Shown here: one piece after another, positions 62,456-64,000 of the stretch
Numbering within the stretch: the stretch's first letter is position 1
How the letters are laid out: every line of letters starts with the position of its first letter
IMG/VR virus record: IMGVR_UViG_3300045988_066341
Length of the DNA: 64,000 nucleotides
Source of the DNA: a virus
Strand: one strand, 5' to 3'
Position numbers and translations under genes: made by a program
The notes under the pieces: model-generated
Database searches by the model: none
What the model was told of the DNA's origin: nothing
The model's input: only the letters and a program-made list of their open reading frames with translations

Positions 62456-62853
62456 TAAGATACTTACTTGTGATGGCGATGATAATATTAACACCGCCAA
62501 AAGGAAACGGAGGCATGCCCCTCGCCCCGAAGCCGGCCGTGGTAGAGGTACGGGTGTGGAATAAGCTGGCGGCCGCCTTGTCTTTCGTGGAGTCAAGGGA
62601 TGACGATCGAGCGTATAACGCCTCATCCGGGGCTTTAGGAAGGTGGCAGATGAAAAAGGTGTATGTAGATGGGGTTAATAGGATATTGCGCCTTAAACGG
62701 GAGAAAAAGCGGTATAGATACGATGATAGAACAAATCCTGTCAAGGCTAGGGAGATGTTCGAGATATACCAATCTCATCATAATCCTAAAAAGGATATAG
62801 ATCGGGCTATAAGATTGCATAGGGGGCTACATTCCCATAAATATGTTAAGTAA
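62452..62853 (+). CDS. Lytic-transglycosylase (SLT)-like protein with hydrophobic N-terminus
   Basis: ..LAAALSFVESRDDDRAYNASSGALGRWQM.. fits the SLT motif (ES...x..GA.G..Q). The N-terminal MIRYLLVMAMIILT is signal- or anchor-like. Start uncertain. Confidence 0.5.
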   Translation: MIRYLLVMAMIILTPPKGNGGMPLAPKPAVVEVRVWNKLAAALSFVESRDDDRAYNASSGALGRWQMKKVYVDGVNRILRLKREKKRYRYDDRTNPVKAREMFEIYQSHHNPKKDIDRAIRLHRGLHSHKYVK

Positions 62854-62895
62854 GTTAAGAACAAATTGAGAGAATAAAAATATAGGAGGATTAAC

Positions 62896-63183
62896 ATGGA
62901 CGAGAATAAAGTGATACGACCAATGGATTTTATTAGGCTTACGAGTATTGACGAATCAAAGGTGATTAAGGATACTGAGAATCATATAGGGCTGGTGAAG
63001 GAGGTTAGTCCTTGGAAACGTGTAAGTGTGATGTGGATAGGTAACACCTACAGTCGTAGGGCATGGTTTAGCTTCGATGAGGTGGAGACGATAGATAACA
63101 TGGCTAACCTTCTGACACGAGAAATGGCTAACTTACGTGAATACGGAAAAGATAATGCAGATAAATTTTATCCGATTGGCTAG
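62896..63183 (+). CDS. Hypothetical protein
   Basis: 95-aa ORF with GGAGG upstream. Confidence 0.5.
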   Translation: MDENKVIRPMDFIRLTSIDESKVIKDTENHIGLVKEVSPWKRVSVMWIGNTYSRRAWFSFDEVETIDNMANLLTREMANLREYGKDNADKFYPIG

Positions 63184-63216
63184 AGATAAGGATAATTAAT
63201 TAGAGGAGAAAATCAT

Positions 63217-63504
63217 ATGAATAGCGAGACATTGATAAGTATGGTCGATAGCGGTAAGATAAGATTCATTCCGTTAAGAAAATGTTTTTTATGTAATGAG
63301 TATATAGGATACAAATTTGTCAGGATGTATAATGGGAATACAATACCAGTGTTTTCTAGTGGATGTAGGTGTTGTGGCATGAATAATGGGACGCTTTCCG
63401 AAAGATCATGGGATGAGGTGCTTGATCTTGTCAAAACGGCACAAAACAAGCCTATAGATGAGAGAACGGAGGAAGATGAATTTATATTAGATAGTTTAAC
63501 ATAA
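63217..63504 (+). CDS. Small zinc-ribbon-like protein
   Basis: CFLC...x..CRCC Cys pairs. Confidence 0.5.
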   Translation: MNSETLISMVDSGKIRFIPLRKCFLCNEYIGYKFVRMYNGNTIPVFSSGCRCCGMNNGTLSERSWDEVLDLVKTAQNKPIDERTEEDEFILDSLT

Positions 63505-63519
63505 TAAAAAATAAAAACA

Positions 63520-64000
63520 ATGAAATCTTACAAAGGGTTTGACAAAAATTTAAAATGCCGGGATTTTCAATATGAAATAGGCAAGGAATATGAGATGGAT
63601 GGAGAGATCAAGCTGTGTAGCAGAGGGTTTCACGCTTGCGAAAGCCCATTTGAAGTTTTTGATCATTATTCCATGATAGGATCTAGGTTTTGCGAAGTAG
63701 AGCAAGACGGGAATATATCCAAGGAGGATAGAGGGACAAAGATTTGCTCCTCGAAAATAAAAATAAAAGCAGAGTTAAAATTGGCTGACATGATCTATCT
63801 TGGGGTCGAATGGCTAAAAGAGATCACATCACCTGAAAAAATAAAAACGAGCATAAAGGATAATTCATCCGGCAACTATGCCCAGATAGGATCATCCGGC
63901 AACGGTGCCCAGATAGGATCATCCGGCAACGGTGCCCAGATAGGATCATCCGGCAACTATGCCCAGATAGGATCATCCGGCAACGGTGCCCAGATAGGAT
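63520..64000 (+). CDS. Protein with conserved N-terminal domain and nonapeptide repeats, 5' part only (runs off the right edge; not in the ORF track)
   Basis: ATG at 63520, open to the window end. MKSYKGFDKNLKCRDFQYEIGKEYEMDGEIKLCSRGFHACESPFEVFDHY.. resembles a widespread phage/bacterial N-domain (from memory). It is followed by GSSGN(Y/G)AQI repeats. Confidence 0.7.
   Translation, partial: MKSYKGFDKNLKCRDFQYEIGKEYEMDGEIKLCSRGFHACESPFEVFDHYSMIGSRFCEVEQDGNISKEDRGTKICSSKIKIKAELKLADMIYLGVEWLKEITSPEKIKTSIKDNSSGNYAQIGSSGNGAQIGSSGNGAQIGSSGNYAQIGSSGNGAQIG
63865..63999 (+). repeat. 27-nt tandem repeat, at least 5 copies, coding
   Basis: tcatccggcaac(ta/gg)tgcccagatagga repeated head to tail up to the window edge. 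Confidence 0.9.

Noticed and set aside
1-64000. Stop-codon reassignment (TAG or TGA recoding), as seen in some gut phages
   Set aside because: All large genes, including the late structural ones, are open in the standard code. None of the three tRNAs is a suppressor.

Overview
The window is an AT-rich, densely coded segment of a tailed dsDNA phage (Caudoviricetes). No rRNA, CRISPR array, integrase or reverse transcriptase was seen. The host is probably a member of Bacteroidota, because the motif TAnnTTTG (seven times exactly TATCTTTG) sits 15-27 nt upstream of many operon-leading ATGs and 7 nt before a tRNA. Everything here comes from reading the sequence and from motif memory; no database search was run.

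Layout:
- 1-39 kb, minus strand: late module. It holds a putative small terminase, a TerL carrying two inteins, portal, scaffold, major capsid protein (followed by a terminator), connector-like proteins, several repeat-rich fibre or adhesin proteins, three tandem LRR paralogs, and a lysis cassette (M15 endolysin, holin-like protein, u-spanin-like lipoprotein). Further left are small Cys-rich paralogs, a KilA-N moron, and a large tandem-repeat ORF that runs off the left edge and is missing from the ORF track.
- 39.6-51.5 kb, plus strand: PIF1-like helicase, RecA, RuvC-like resolvase, clamp-like protein, SSB, papain-like peptidase, two tRNAs, a PD-(D/E)XK nuclease and dUTPase.
- 51.5-55 kb: accessory island of lectin-like genes.
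- 55-64 kb, plus strand: small early-type genes and about 2 kb of non-coding DNA.

Most unusual observations:
1. A dispersed family of at least 11 GC-rich imperfect palindromes capped by CCAAGG-type inverted ends, sitting in intergenic spacers.
2. A T-G(9-10)-TAWWW motif found five times. Four copies sit upstream of genes whose products all begin M-x-R-R-R and carry different lectin-like domains.
3. A perfectly 10-bp-phased decamer array that reuses the CCAAGG-like motif, next to a 520-bp hairpin-dense stretch with no ORF.
4. A TerL with a class-3-like intein in the P-loop and a LAGLIDADG intein at the nuclease motif.
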